A stretch of DNA of 64,000 nucleotides from Piromyces finnis finn. Its lineage: Eukaryota > Fungi > Neocallimastigomycota. Shown here piece by piece: positions 15,428 through 28,100 of this stretch. A program made the translations under genes and the position numbers. How positions within the stretch are numbered: the first letter of the stretch is position 1; every line of letters starts with the position of its first letter. The notes under the pieces were generated by a model. The model was not told the origin of the DNA. It was given only the letters and a program-made list of their open reading frames with translations, and ran no database searches. Where the stretch lies: NCBI GenBank assembly GCA_002104945.1, contig MCFH01000008.1, positions 62,001-126,000 of the forward strand. The letters run 5' to 3'.

Positions 15428-17509
15428 TTTAATATCTAAAAAATATATAATATTAATAATACGACAAAAAATTATAATTTTTTATTAAAAGAATACCCTC
15501 TTTTTAAATTTTAAATTAAATTTATTTTAATGATAATATTATTCTTTATATATATAAAATTAAATTTATAACATTTGATAAGTTTGTTTTATTTAAATAG
15601 ACTTGAATAGCATAATTATTTAATTGTATTAAATTAGGATGGTTTATTGAATAATAAAAGTTAAAATCTTTAATACTATAATTCTTAATTTATTATATAA
15701 AATATCTCTCTTTTTTTATTAATCTATTATTAATATATATATTGCTTATTCCTTTAATTGCTTTATAATATTTTTTTTTAATTTTTATGAGGATTTATTT
15801 TCAATATTCCTATATATATAGCTAATTTGAAAATAATTTATCTCTAACATTTTTATTATTTTAATAAATGTATTCATTAATTGAATGAAATTTGTATCCT
15901 TTGATATTCTTTTTTTTTCTTTTCTTTTTTTTTTCTTTATAATACCTTTTTAAAAATAAATTGACTTTACTTTTATTTCTATATATTTATTTTTAATAAT
16001 GAAAAAATATTAATGTCGTTTGTGATGTGATAGTAAAAATGAAATAATTAAAAAGTTTATTAGGAAAAAATAAAAAAAAAAAAAAGGTATATTTAATACT
16101 ATTTATATAAAAAGTAAAAATATATTATTATATAATGAATAAATGAATAATTAATAATAAAAATTACGACAATGAAAAAAAAAATTCTTCATCCTAAAAT
16201 TTTAAAATTATTTTATGACACAATTAAATTCAAAATTTTCGAAATTTATATTTATTTATATTATAATATATTGAGTCTTTATATTATTTTAATTATATTT
16301 TAATTAATAAATAGATTATAATTATATATTAATTATTCCACACTTTTTGTGATACATTTCCTTAAAAATAAATGAATAAATAAATATTTAAATAAATATA
16401 TAATTAATTTAATTATATAATTAAATGTATAAATATATTAATATTTAAATAAATAATTAAAAGAAATAGGAGGGTAAAAGACCTTTGACAAAGAAAGTTA
16501 AAAGTGTCAAGAGTAGCATCAATATCTTTTATTCTATTAAATAATAATAGCACTTATTTTGAAATGTATTATCCTTATCCCTTTTTATATAATAAGAATA
16601 AAAATAAAAGATGGATTTATATAAATTATAAAATATTATTTAGTATAATAACAAACTGCTTCAATAATCCAACATTCATATTATATTAATAATCTATATA
16701 AAGTATTGCTTTATGTTTATATCAATATTTATTATTATTATGGTTATCATTAATTCAGTTATATTTATACTGAACTAATAAGCGAAATATTAAAAAAAAA
16801 CCTATTCATTATTATTTTTGGTATCAACTAAACATAAAAGGGCATTTTCATTGTTCAATTTTTTATATCAACCTTGAAATAAACAAAGAGACAAAGGTTT
16901 CATACGATTTAAAATGACAAAATTAGCATTTTTTTATTATTGGTATTTAATAAAAAGAAATTAATTATTAACAACATTATCCATACAAAAAAAAAAAGTT
17001 TTATAATAGTTTTAATAATTATAGTAATAATAGTGGTATAAAAAAAAAATATTAAAAATACACTCATAAACCCATAAAATACTAATATTATTATTATTAT
17101 TATTATTAAAATATTAATAAAAGAATAAAGATTACAAGGTTTTCATATATTCTTTTTCTTTTTCTTTTTTTTTTTGACATTTTATTTTATTATTAAATAA
17201 AATTATTAAGCGTTAAGTATTAAACTTTTTTTATTCAATCTATTTAAGTTTTAGGAAAATATTTTATTATATATAAAAAATAAAATATATATAGGTCTTT
17301 AATTTTTATTTTATTTTATTTTATATTCCATTATCTTTTTAATTGATCATTAATACTTTGTTTTTTTTTTTTTGTATTAATAACTTTTATAAAATATATA
17401 TTTATAATAATTTATAAGCATTATCATTAATTATTATTATCATTATTATTAATAAAAAAAAAAGTAAATCTATCTGTAATTAATTAATAAGAAAAATATT
17501 CAAAAAAAA

Positions 17510-19333
17510 ATGGAAAATCCAGAAGTTGCTCAAAATGAAATAGAAACATTAAATAAAGAAACTGAAAATCCAACAAAAGAAAATGAAGAAACTAGCAATG
17601 AATCAAATACTACAAAAAGTGAAGATAAATCTGAAAATGTTAATGCCGAAACATCGGAAAATTCAAATAATGAAAAAACAGAAACTAATACAGAAGGAGT
17701 AGAAGTAGACCCAGAAAAAAATAATACTGAAACTAACATTCAAGAAAATGCTGATGGAACAACAACAGCAGGTGTAACTGCTCCTATTCAACCAAATGTA
17801 TTGACAAAAGAAGAAAAAGTTAATCTTCGTAGAATAATTGCCGAAGATTCCAAGTGGAATTTAGCAACAGTAAAAACATTATCAGAAATTTGTGTCGACT
17901 CTATTGTTGGAAACTTTAATCAAAAGCCTATTCTTAATTCTTTATCTAAAAAATATAAGAATATTGTATTGGATAAAATTTCTACCGATACTCCATTAGA
18001 AATAACGGCTCATTTGATCGAAGATCAAAACTATTGGAAAAGATGTGCTCTAGAAAATTTTAAAAATTGTGATGTTAGTAAACACAGAAATAATTGGAAG
18101 CTATTATACTTTGAGCTTTTAGCTCAAAAAACTATTGAGGAATATGTTCCAAGAGTAGATTTACCAAAAAATGATGATGACAATGATTCAATTATTAGTG
18201 ATGAGGATGCTGCTAGAATAGAAAGTATAGAAAATCTCGATAAAGAAAGTCAAGGTTCTCGATTATTATTAAATGTAAAAAATCAAGAATCAAAGGATTA
18301 TACCGAGGAAGATCAAGAAGAAGATGTTCAAGTATCTGCCATAGAAAACGAAAAAAAATTCCTAAGTAAATTAGAATTAATGTCAGATTATGTTAAATGC
18401 TTAAAAATAGAACAATTAAATATCACAGAAGGTTTAGAATTAAAAAAAACGGATCCATTGCCAGATCATACTAATGTTAAAGATATATTAAGTAAATTGA
18501 AAAATGTTGAAGAATTAAGTTTATATTATGGTGTAAAAAATTGTGGATTATCCTTTGAATGGAAATATTATGGTATGACTATTAATGATTGTATTAACCT
18601 TCATGATGCCTTAAAAAATAATAATACACTTCAATCTTTAACTATAAATTCAAGTCAAATCGATGATAATAGAATGAGATTACTTTGTAAAGTATTACTA
18701 TCAAATAGAGTATTAAATAATTTAGATCTTTCCCATAACTCTATTTCAGAAGAAGGTGCTTTAGCCCTATCTAAAGTACTATCAAAAAGTACTGTAAATA
18801 TTAATTATTTATCTTTATTTAATAATAATATAAATGCTAAGGGTGCCAATTATCTTGGAAAAGCTCTCTGCAATAATAATAAACTTAAAACACTTATTTT
18901 AGGTTTAAATCCTATTACAGAGGAAGGTGGTATAGATATACTAAAAGGAATTTACAACAACCAATCTTTAAATTATATTGATATATCTTCTTGTCAATTG
19001 AAAAATACTGTTATTCCAGTATTATGTAAATTAATAAAAAAAAATTCACCAATTTTACAAACAATCATAATCAATTCTAATAATTTAGGAATTTCAAAGG
19101 TACAAAAGAATTTATTCCTAAAAGATTCCGATAATATAGATATTATACCACAATCTTCTGAAGAAAGTACTAATATGGATGTATTTGGAAAGGCATTATT
19201 TGAAGCAACTAGTATGAATAAATACCTTACAAAATTCGACTTAAGATCAACTGATTTATCGGTGGAATATACTGTAGCTATTGATGAAATTATAAAAGAA
19301 AATCATTCATTAGTTGGCCTAAAAAATTTTTAA
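17510..19333 (+). CDS. TCTE1: Dynein regulatory complex subunit 5 (TCTE1/DRC5), leucine-rich repeat protein
   Basis: Intronless, 607 aa. RRIIAEDSKWNLATVKTLSEICVDSIV...YWKRC...WKLLYFE, YGVKNCGLSFEWKYYGMT, and RNI-like LRRs (LDLSHNSISEEGA, LSLFNNNINAKGA). Confidence 0.88.
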   Translation: MENPEVAQNEIETLNKETENPTKENEETSNESNTTKSEDKSENVNAETSENSNNEKTETNTEGVEVDPEKNNTETNIQENADGTTTAGVTAPIQPNVLTKEEKVNLRRIIAEDSKWNLATVKTLSEICVDSIVGNFNQKPILNSLSKKYKNIVLDKISTDTPLEITAHLIEDQNYWKRCALENFKNCDVSKHRNNWKLLYFELLAQKTIEEYVPRVDLPKNDDDNDSIISDEDAARIESIENLDKESQGSRLLLNVKNQESKDYTEEDQEEDVQVSAIENEKKFLSKLELMSDYVKCLKIEQLNITEGLELKKTDPLPDHTNVKDILSKLKNVEELSLYYGVKNCGLSFEWKYYGMTINDCINLHDALKNNNTLQSLTINSSQIDDNRMRLLCKVLLSNRVLNNLDLSHNSISEEGALALSKVLSKSTVNINYLSLFNNNINAKGANYLGKALCNNNKLKTLILGLNPITEEGGIDILKGIYNNQSLNYIDISSCQLKNTVIPVLCKLIKKNSPILQTIIINSNNLGISKVQKNLFLKDSDNIDIIPQSSEESTNMDVFGKALFEATSMNKYLTKFDLRSTDLSVEYTVAIDEIIKENHSLVGLKNF

Positions 19334-20159
19334 TTTTATATTTGTAAATATTTATATAGATTAAAGAAATTTATTTTGATAATCGTAAAAGTATATATAT
19401 ATCATAAAATAACAATAAGGTTTATAAAAAAAACATATATTTAAATGTATAATAAATAATATTTTTATAATTAAATAAAAATATAAATTTATATTTCATC
19501 TCTTTTATTTTTCTATAATATGAACCGTTTCTATTTACATTCTTTTATTTAAAAAGCATTTAAAAGCATTTACATTAATTTTGCATCATTATTAATTATA
19601 ACTAATTAATAAAAATAGTATAGAAACTGCTTTTTATAATAGTAATTGTATTACTGAATGATAAATCTTTCACTTCACTACTAATTCATAGATAATAATA
19701 TTAATAAATAGGATTAGAGTTTTTAAGAAAAAAAATTTTTTTTATGAAAAGTAAACATATTACTTAAAAATATAAGAAAATAAAGTTTTTAAAATTAATT
19801 AAACAAAAATGAAATTTTTACTTTTGCTTTGAAAAGTATGTAAAAAAATAAAAAAAAAAAAAAGAAAAATAAAAAAGAATTGGTAAAAGTAGTTATAAAT
19901 AATTAAAAAAAGAATCTTTTCCTATAAATAAATTTGACAAAACAATAATAAATCCTTTTATAATAATAAGAAATATTAATATTAATTCAAAAAAATATTA
20001 TAATATGTTCATATTATAATAACATTCCAAAAAAAAAAAAAAAAAAAAACAAAGATAATTATATATATATAATATTTTACAGTCTATTACAATATTATTA
20101 TATATTGAATAATATTTAAAACAATTTAATTCAATAATAATATTATAAAATTTATAACT

Positions 20160-23100
20160 ATGGACGGTGAAGTAAATGATTTTTTAGTTGAAGATGGAAA
20201 TGAAAATGAAAAAAAAAAAGAAAATATAAATGAAACAGAAAATAATAATGTTAATGAAAATATAAATGAAAATGAAACAGGCAATAATAATAAAGAAAAT
20301 TTTGAAAGTGAAAATAACCCCGAGGAAGTAAACCTATTAAGTAATAAAGAAAATAAAAATATTTCATTATCAGTCCATTTTGAAAGCGATGAAACAGAAA
20401 ATAATAACGAAAATGAAAATAAAATTGAACCAAAAAGTGTTTCAAATTCAGTTGGATCTCTAAAAGGAATTTTAAAAAAATCGAATAACAATTTAAATAA
20501 TTTATCATCATCAATGAATGGTGTAAATCAACAAAATTCTAAATCAAAAAATGATGAAATTAATGAACCCAGTGAAAAAAGTAACTTAAAACTATATGAA
20601 TCCATTTCTTCTTTAAAAGATAATACTTCGACTCTATATAACAACCAATTTAATGAAAATGGTTAAATTCAATAATATATATATATTATGTTTTATAATG
20701 CTTTATATCATTTATTCATTGTATTGAATACTAATAAATCAAATTAATAATATTTTTTTATTATTTTTAATTATATCATTTAAAAGAACGAGAGTTAATT
20801 GAAAGGTTTGATAGTAGTCAAAATATTAATTCATATCTTGATTCAATAAAAAATGGTAATAATAATGAAGAGTTGAAAGAAATTGAGAATGAAATTCAAA
20901 GAAATTACAAGGAAGAAGATGAAAAAGTGATACATAACAAAACAGAAGCTATTATTGCAAAAGTTGTTGAAGGTACAGAAAGTATTGATGAGAGTGAACA
21001 AAATCGACTTGATGAAGTAATTAAATCAACAATTAATGATATTAGTAATAATCAAGATGAAACCGATTCAAGCAAAGAAAATGTAGAAAAACTGAAATTA
21101 GCATATTCAAAATTATATAAAATTTTATCGCATTCAAGAAATAATGAACTTTATTTAATGAAAAGATGTCATGAATTAACTACTGATATTGTTGCTAATG
21201 CTTCTAAAGTTCAAAGTGCTATTCAAATGACTTATGAAAGTAGAAAATCTGCTATTTTAATGAAAACAGAATTAGAAAAGGCCTGGAAATTATTAGAAAT
21301 AAGTAATCAAAATGAAGCAATTGCTCAGGATGCTTTATTACAAATCAAAAGTGATTATACTCTTGTTAGAAGATTAGCTGTTGAAGCTGGTGTACCGACA
21401 GAATCTTTTATTAATGAAGGTGAAAATGATGATAAAAAACTTGATAGTAATTTAGATTCGGTATTAAAAGAAAAGTATGAAGTGGAACGTAAACTAAATA
21501 ATAGTAATAATAAGATTTTAGAATTTGAAAATACTCAAAGAGAATTAAAAAAGAAAATAGAACAATTAATGTGTACTATTGATGAGCAAAGAAGTTCAAT
21601 GATGGATATGAAAGAACAATATATTACTCTCCAATCAAAGTATAATAGACTTGAAAGAAATCGTGATGATGATCGCCAAAAACTTGATGATTTTCAAAAG
21701 GTGGTTGAAAAAAAAGATAAAGAGATCGATGATGTTCAAAAAGAAATAGAAACTTACAAAGAAAAAGAAAAAGATTACGAACAAAGATTAAAAGATGAAA
21801 TATATGCTCGTGATTTAACGGATAAAGAAAAAGATGAAATCCAACAATCGCTTAATAATGCTAATCAAGAAATCGAAGAACATGTCATTACTTACACTAA
21901 AATTACTACTGAAAAACAAAACTTAAAAAATGAATTAAAAAATATTGAAGAAGAATATCAAAAAGTAAAGGAGGATAATAAGAATTTAAATAAATCAAAA
22001 GAAACCTTGCAAAGAAAATATAAACAAAGTGAAGAAACTAAATTAGAATCAGAAAATCAAGTTGCAATATTAAAAGTAAGAATGAAATTTTTATTTTAAT
22101 TATGTATTTTTAAATTAAGTAAAAAATGATACTTTTGTTACATGTATCATTTTATATTATTATTAAATTAAATATATATTAATATATATATATTAGACTG
22201 TTAATGGAAATGTTCTACATGAGAGTGAAAACTTGAAAAAAGAAATTGCTTCTCTTAAAAAGAAAAATGAAGATTTACTTAGAGAAAGAGATTTAATTAA
22301 TAAAAGTTACATTAAATCTTTAAAGACAATTCAAAGACAATCAAACTTAATAAAATTGGGTGAACAAACAAAAAAAAATCTTGAATTTGAAATTATCAAA
22401 TGTCAAGAAGAAGCTGCCAAAATGAGAAAGGTACTTTTTTATCATAATTATATAGATAATAAAAATTATAAAATTTAAAAATTTCTTCTTTAAAATATTA
22501 AATAGTCATTTATTAAAATAATCATTTTTTAAATCATATTGTATTTATTTGAGCATAGATCATTTATTCACTTGAAAAAGAAAGAGATTTAAAAGTAGTT
22601 GAAATCTCTCATATAAAAGAAATAAAAGAAAGTAAAGAAGAAGAATTAAAAATAAATAATTTACAATTAATTGATAGTAATAAAAAAATTATTGAAACTG
22701 AAAAAAAGCTCTGTGAACAACAGGTAAATTTACTATTTAATAAATAAATTATATAACAATAGGATAAAAATAAAACTAATTAATATTTGATAATATAGAA
22801 ATTATATGAATCTGTAAGAGCTGATAGAAACGTTTATTCCAAAAATTTAATTGAAGCTCAAGATGAAGTACAGGACTTAAAACAAAAATATAATATATTA
22901 AGTCATCAATTGGAACAATTAAAAGAAGAAGTTACCATAAAAGACCATGGTAAAATAAAATAGATTAAAATAAAAAAAAAATAATTTAATGTTATTTTAA
23001 ATGAAATACTTAAATCTTTAAATTTTATTTTACAAAAATATAATTATAAAAATAAATAGCTATTGTAACTTCACATTTTGAAGTATCAAGATTAGAAAAA

Positions 23101-23226
23101 GAAAAAGATAATTTAAAATTCCAAATTTCAAGAATTCAACAATTATATGAAAAATCACAAGAAATGGCTCAAAGTCAAGTAATATCATATTTTTCATTAT
23201 ATAAGCTATTAATAAATCTTTTAATT

Positions 23227-23258
<32 letters not shown>

Positions 23259-24542
23259 TAATGTTATGTAAAAAAAAAGATATTAGAGCAAAATCAATTA
23301 AGAAGAATTATTATCGAAGCTGATAAAGAAAAAATGAAACAAAGAAAAGAATTAGAAAACTTAGTGCAACAAAGAGTAATAATAAAGGATAAAGTTATAA
23401 TGATAATAATGATTATTTTTAAATTTATTAAATTAATTATTATTATTACATTATATATTATATATATCATATTATTTAATATCAGGATTTTCTTGATAAC
23501 TTCCAAAAGAAATTAAATGATGAAATTATACTATTGTATGAAAAATTGAAAATTCAATCTTCTGCTCTAAGTAAAGGTGAAATGCAATATCATGATAGAA
23601 TTGAAGATATAAGAGTCCTAAAACTTGAAATTAAAAAACTAAGATCAGAAAAGGCATTATTACAATCTGAAACTCGTAATATTGCCAAATTAAAGGCAGA
23701 AGTTTTCTATTTACAAAAGGAATATCTTCGTGAAACTACAAAAGTTAAAGTATTAGAAGGTAAAGTATAAAATAAATATGACAAAAATATAAATTTGTTT
23801 TATTTAATTAGCTATATTTAATTATTAATACCTATTATAATAAAATAGAGGAACTTGAATCACCAATGAATGTTCATAGATGGAGAAAACTTGCTGCTGC
23901 TGATCCAACATCATTTGAATTAATTACCAAAACACAAACTCTACAAAAAAGATTAATTGCTAAAACTGAAGAAGTAGTTGAAAAAGAATTAGTTTTACAA
24001 CAAACCAAAAAATTATATGAAGAAGTGAAAGAAATGCTTCGTAGAGCTCCAGGTCCAGAGGTTTTAATGAACTTAAGGAAATTTAAAGAAGCTTTAAGAT
24101 ATAAAACAAGAGAAGCAAAATCACTTGCATCAGAATTAAATATGTATCATTCTCAAATTAATGAATATAAACTTGAAATAGAAAGGTTAAATAATGAAAT
24201 ACAAGAATTAAAAAAGAAATTCTATGCTAAAATTCAAAAGTAATATATATTTAAATTTATAGATTTGTTTTTCATTATATTATAAAATCTATTTCTTTAA
24301 AAAGTACTTAAAAAAAAAGAAACTAATATCTATAAAATTTTATGTTTTTATTTAATATTAACAGACTAACAAGAAAGAATAATTCTAATAAAATTATTCC
24401 ATTAGGAATAAATAAAAATTTAGGAAAAATCAAAAGAAGTGGTGGAGGATTTAAATTTAATTTACCAAGCTCTCATCATGATGAAATTGATGAAATATAC
24501 GCCATTGCAGATTCAAATGTTAATAATTTAGTAGCAGTGTAA
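20160..24542 (+). CDS. CFAP58: Cilia- and flagella-associated protein 58 (coiled-coil), multi-exon
   Basis: Long coiled coil with the hallmark segments LYESVRADRNVYSKNLIEAQDE, LSKGEMQYHDRIEDIRVLKLEIK and MNVHRWRKLAAADPTSFELITKTQTLQKRLIAKTEEV. GT-AG introns between track ORFs; stop at 24540-24542. Confidence 0.88.
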
Positions 24543-25128
24543 AATTTATTAAATGTTAAAATATTACATGAAGTTACTTTTATAATTATATTTTTTTTCT
24601 TTTTTTTTTTAACTTTAACATTTAAAAAAATATTAGTTAATACATATAGTTTGTATATTATATATAGTAATTAAAAAATCTATCATATATACCCTTATTT
24701 TATTTAAAATATACTTAAAGGTGAATTAATATATATATTATTTATAGGTATAGATATATATATATAATATTATCATTTGTTTTTATTTATATATAATAAT
24801 GGTTTATAGTAATGTTTTGAAAATCATAATTATAAAATAACATCGCAATAAAAGAAAAAAGATATTAAAAATATATATATCATAAAATATCATAAAATAT
24901 TTAAATATTTTATTTTTTAATATTTTTTATTAGCTATATCATTTCTTTCTTGTATATTAAAAAAAATAATATTATTAATATTAATAATGATGTAATTGTC
25001 AATAATTTAACTTCTTAAATTATAATTTTACTTTAGAATATTTTGGAATAGTGATGATAATAATAATATTATGAAACTAAATATTGATAAAAAAAATCTA
25101 AAATGTATATATAAATATATAAAAGAAA

Positions 25129-28100
25129 CTACTTCTTTAAATTATTTAAATTTATGTTTTTCTTAATGTAATTGATTTTTTTGGTTTTAGAAGATTGGTT
25201 ATTTAAAAATGATGTATTTATTGTATTTATATTATTTCCTTTTCTCGATTTCGATAAATTAATCTTTGGTGGTACTCCTCTTACAAGATATGACCATGAA
25301 ATATCTTTACACTTTTTTTTTTATAATAATAAAAAAATATATTAACATTTATTATAAATTTTTAATTAATATTTTAATTTCAATTATTTTATTACATACC
25401 ACAATACTAAGTTTTCCTGTTAATATCTTTCCATAATATGAAGGTTTATATATAATAATAAATTGATTATCATTTTCACCCCGTTGACTTTCTGGTACTA
25501 ATTGACCATATTCTGGTTGAATTGAAAATTCTGGTGGTGATGTTTCATCAAAGAATGCTCTAAATTTTTTGGTCACCTCAGAATAATTCTTTATACTAAA
25601 TGACACGCAGTTATTTACATTAATAGATCCTTCTATGGTAATAATATCATCAATTGGAGATGGATGTGAAATTACATGTAAATTATATTTCCATCTACCA
25701 CCAGATGTATTTTCTGTTATTATAAGATATAGCTTTTTATTCATTACTTGGGAAGGAGAAAATATTACCTTTTATAAAATTTCACATATATATATATAAA
25801 TATTAATATTAATAATTATAAAATTACTTTTCAAAATATATAAAATTAAAATTACCTTGATTATCATATTTGGAATTCCTTCCTCATTAATTTTTATTTT
25901 TTTTAACGATAACTTCATTGTTTCAATAACAGGATCATATATATTATTGATACTTTCTATGTTTACACTAAATGTTTTTTCTTTATTTTTCAATTTCTTT
26001 TTATCATATATATAATTAATTAATGGAACTTCCAATGTTTTTTCAATTACTTGTTTAGCATTTCCTTCTATTTCAAATGCATTATTCTTAACAGAAGTTT
26101 CAACGACACCCTAAAAAATTTAATATATAATTTTATGTTAATACAATGTTATTATATTTTATATAATGGTTATAAATTTACATACAATTAATGGATATGA
26201 AAAACAAAGACCAAATTCTGTAGTAACATTCAATAATGCATTATATTTCATAATTCCTTTTGGAATAAAGGTATATGGTATTTCTGTACTTCCATTACCA
26301 GAAATATGGAAAGTATTCTTTTTCATTAATAACTAATAAATAAATAAATGATAAAATAATGTTGATTATTATTGTTATTTAAAATATATTTATAAATAGA
26401 AAAAATATAATTTATATTATTAACAATTACTTGAAAGGTATTTGTATCAGAAACTAAATCAACAGTAACATTAGTTGAATATGATAATGGATTATTAAAT
26501 GATAATATAGATGTTGTAATATCGCCTAGGATAGCTGTTATTAATGTCTCATCCATTAATTCTGGTTTTAAACCATGACCTTTCACAAAGTATACAGAAT
26601 TTCCAATAATATTACTTGAAAATGTTATTTTCGAAGAGCTTTCCTGTCCTAGTGAACATGGCCAATAATGAATACCAACTTTTTTCTTTTCATTGGGATT
26701 TAATATCAATGAAGATAAACTGGAATGTCTTGATTTTGAATTTAGATCTTCATATTCTATGATCTGAAATTCTCTTGAATTAGTTGAATGAATATTTACA
26801 TTGACAGTTTGGCTTGTTGGATTAGATATAATTATAGATTGAGCCTAATACACCATTTTAATAGTATATTTATAATTAGAATATATATATTAAAATAACA
26901 ATATATATATTTATATATTTTATTTTTAATTATATAGGTATTTACAGAATTCTTTCCTAATGGACATTCCATTATTGGAAGTTCTATTGTTGGTGATTCC
27001 TTAGCTTCAAAATTCAATATATACCAGAAATCACCAATAAGTTCATTATGGAACATTAAATATCCTGTAGACTTACCAGGAAGAACTATATTAATAAAAA
27101 TAAATTAATTTATTAATACCTTTAACATTACTATATTATTTATATTTTATGTAAAAATAAGTAATGCTTCTATATATTTATTACTTGGTGAATAAACTAA
27201 TTCATATTCATAAACAGAATTTGGTAAAATTGATATACTTTTCTTTCCAGATAAGCAATCACCCTTATACAATATTTTATATTGAACTGTTTTTTCTGTT
27301 TTATTAGTTATGTTTAAAACTAGGGTGACAGCTTTTCTTACATCTGATGATAATAATATTTGACCTTCTGGATCAGGTTTTTCTATATTTAACTTTTATG
27401 AATAAAATTTTTATATTTAATTAAAAATGATATACATTTTAAAAATGTAAAAATGATTCAATTTCTTACTTCAACATTAAACCAAACATAATTAGTCATA
27501 TTTTTATTTGAAAATGTTATAGAATTATTATATATTCCACTTGATTTAGGGTATAATTTAACATCACAATATTTAGTTTCACCAGCTTTTATATATATTG
27601 GATTATTAGAAGAAGCTATTGGTAAATCTGTACTTATGGTGAAATAATCATTTGTATCAGAGTAATTACAAACAGGGAAAGAATAATTTATCTATTTTAT
27701 ATTTAATATTATTATTTATATATTAAAATATAAATATTTTTTATATATTATATAAATAGATTCATAAATAAAATATAATAATAATAATAATAATAATATT
27801 TCACTTACTATTTCTCTTGCTTTTCTGTTTATAATTATATTATCTTCTGCTAATGGTTCAGTACTGATACCTAACAAATCAAACTCATATTTTTGATTAT
27901 TTTGAAGATTTGTTAGTATTAAATTACCTTCTACTCTACATGGAATTTGAGATTTAAATATAATAGGAAAATCTTCTGTAGAATGGGCTTTAACATTAAT
28001 AATTAATGGTGTTGAGAAATTATTTCCTTTTAAATTTGACTAAGATATTTTAAATATATTATAATTTTTTAATTTAAAATTCAATAATAAATTTTATATT

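Noticed and set aside
15894-15902. GTATCCTTT, matching the U12-type intron donor
   Set aside because: It lies on the plus strand of an intergenic region with no plus-strand exon. The introns I traced in MRE11, SCC3, PDE, SNAPC3 and the transporter have ordinary GT-AG ends.
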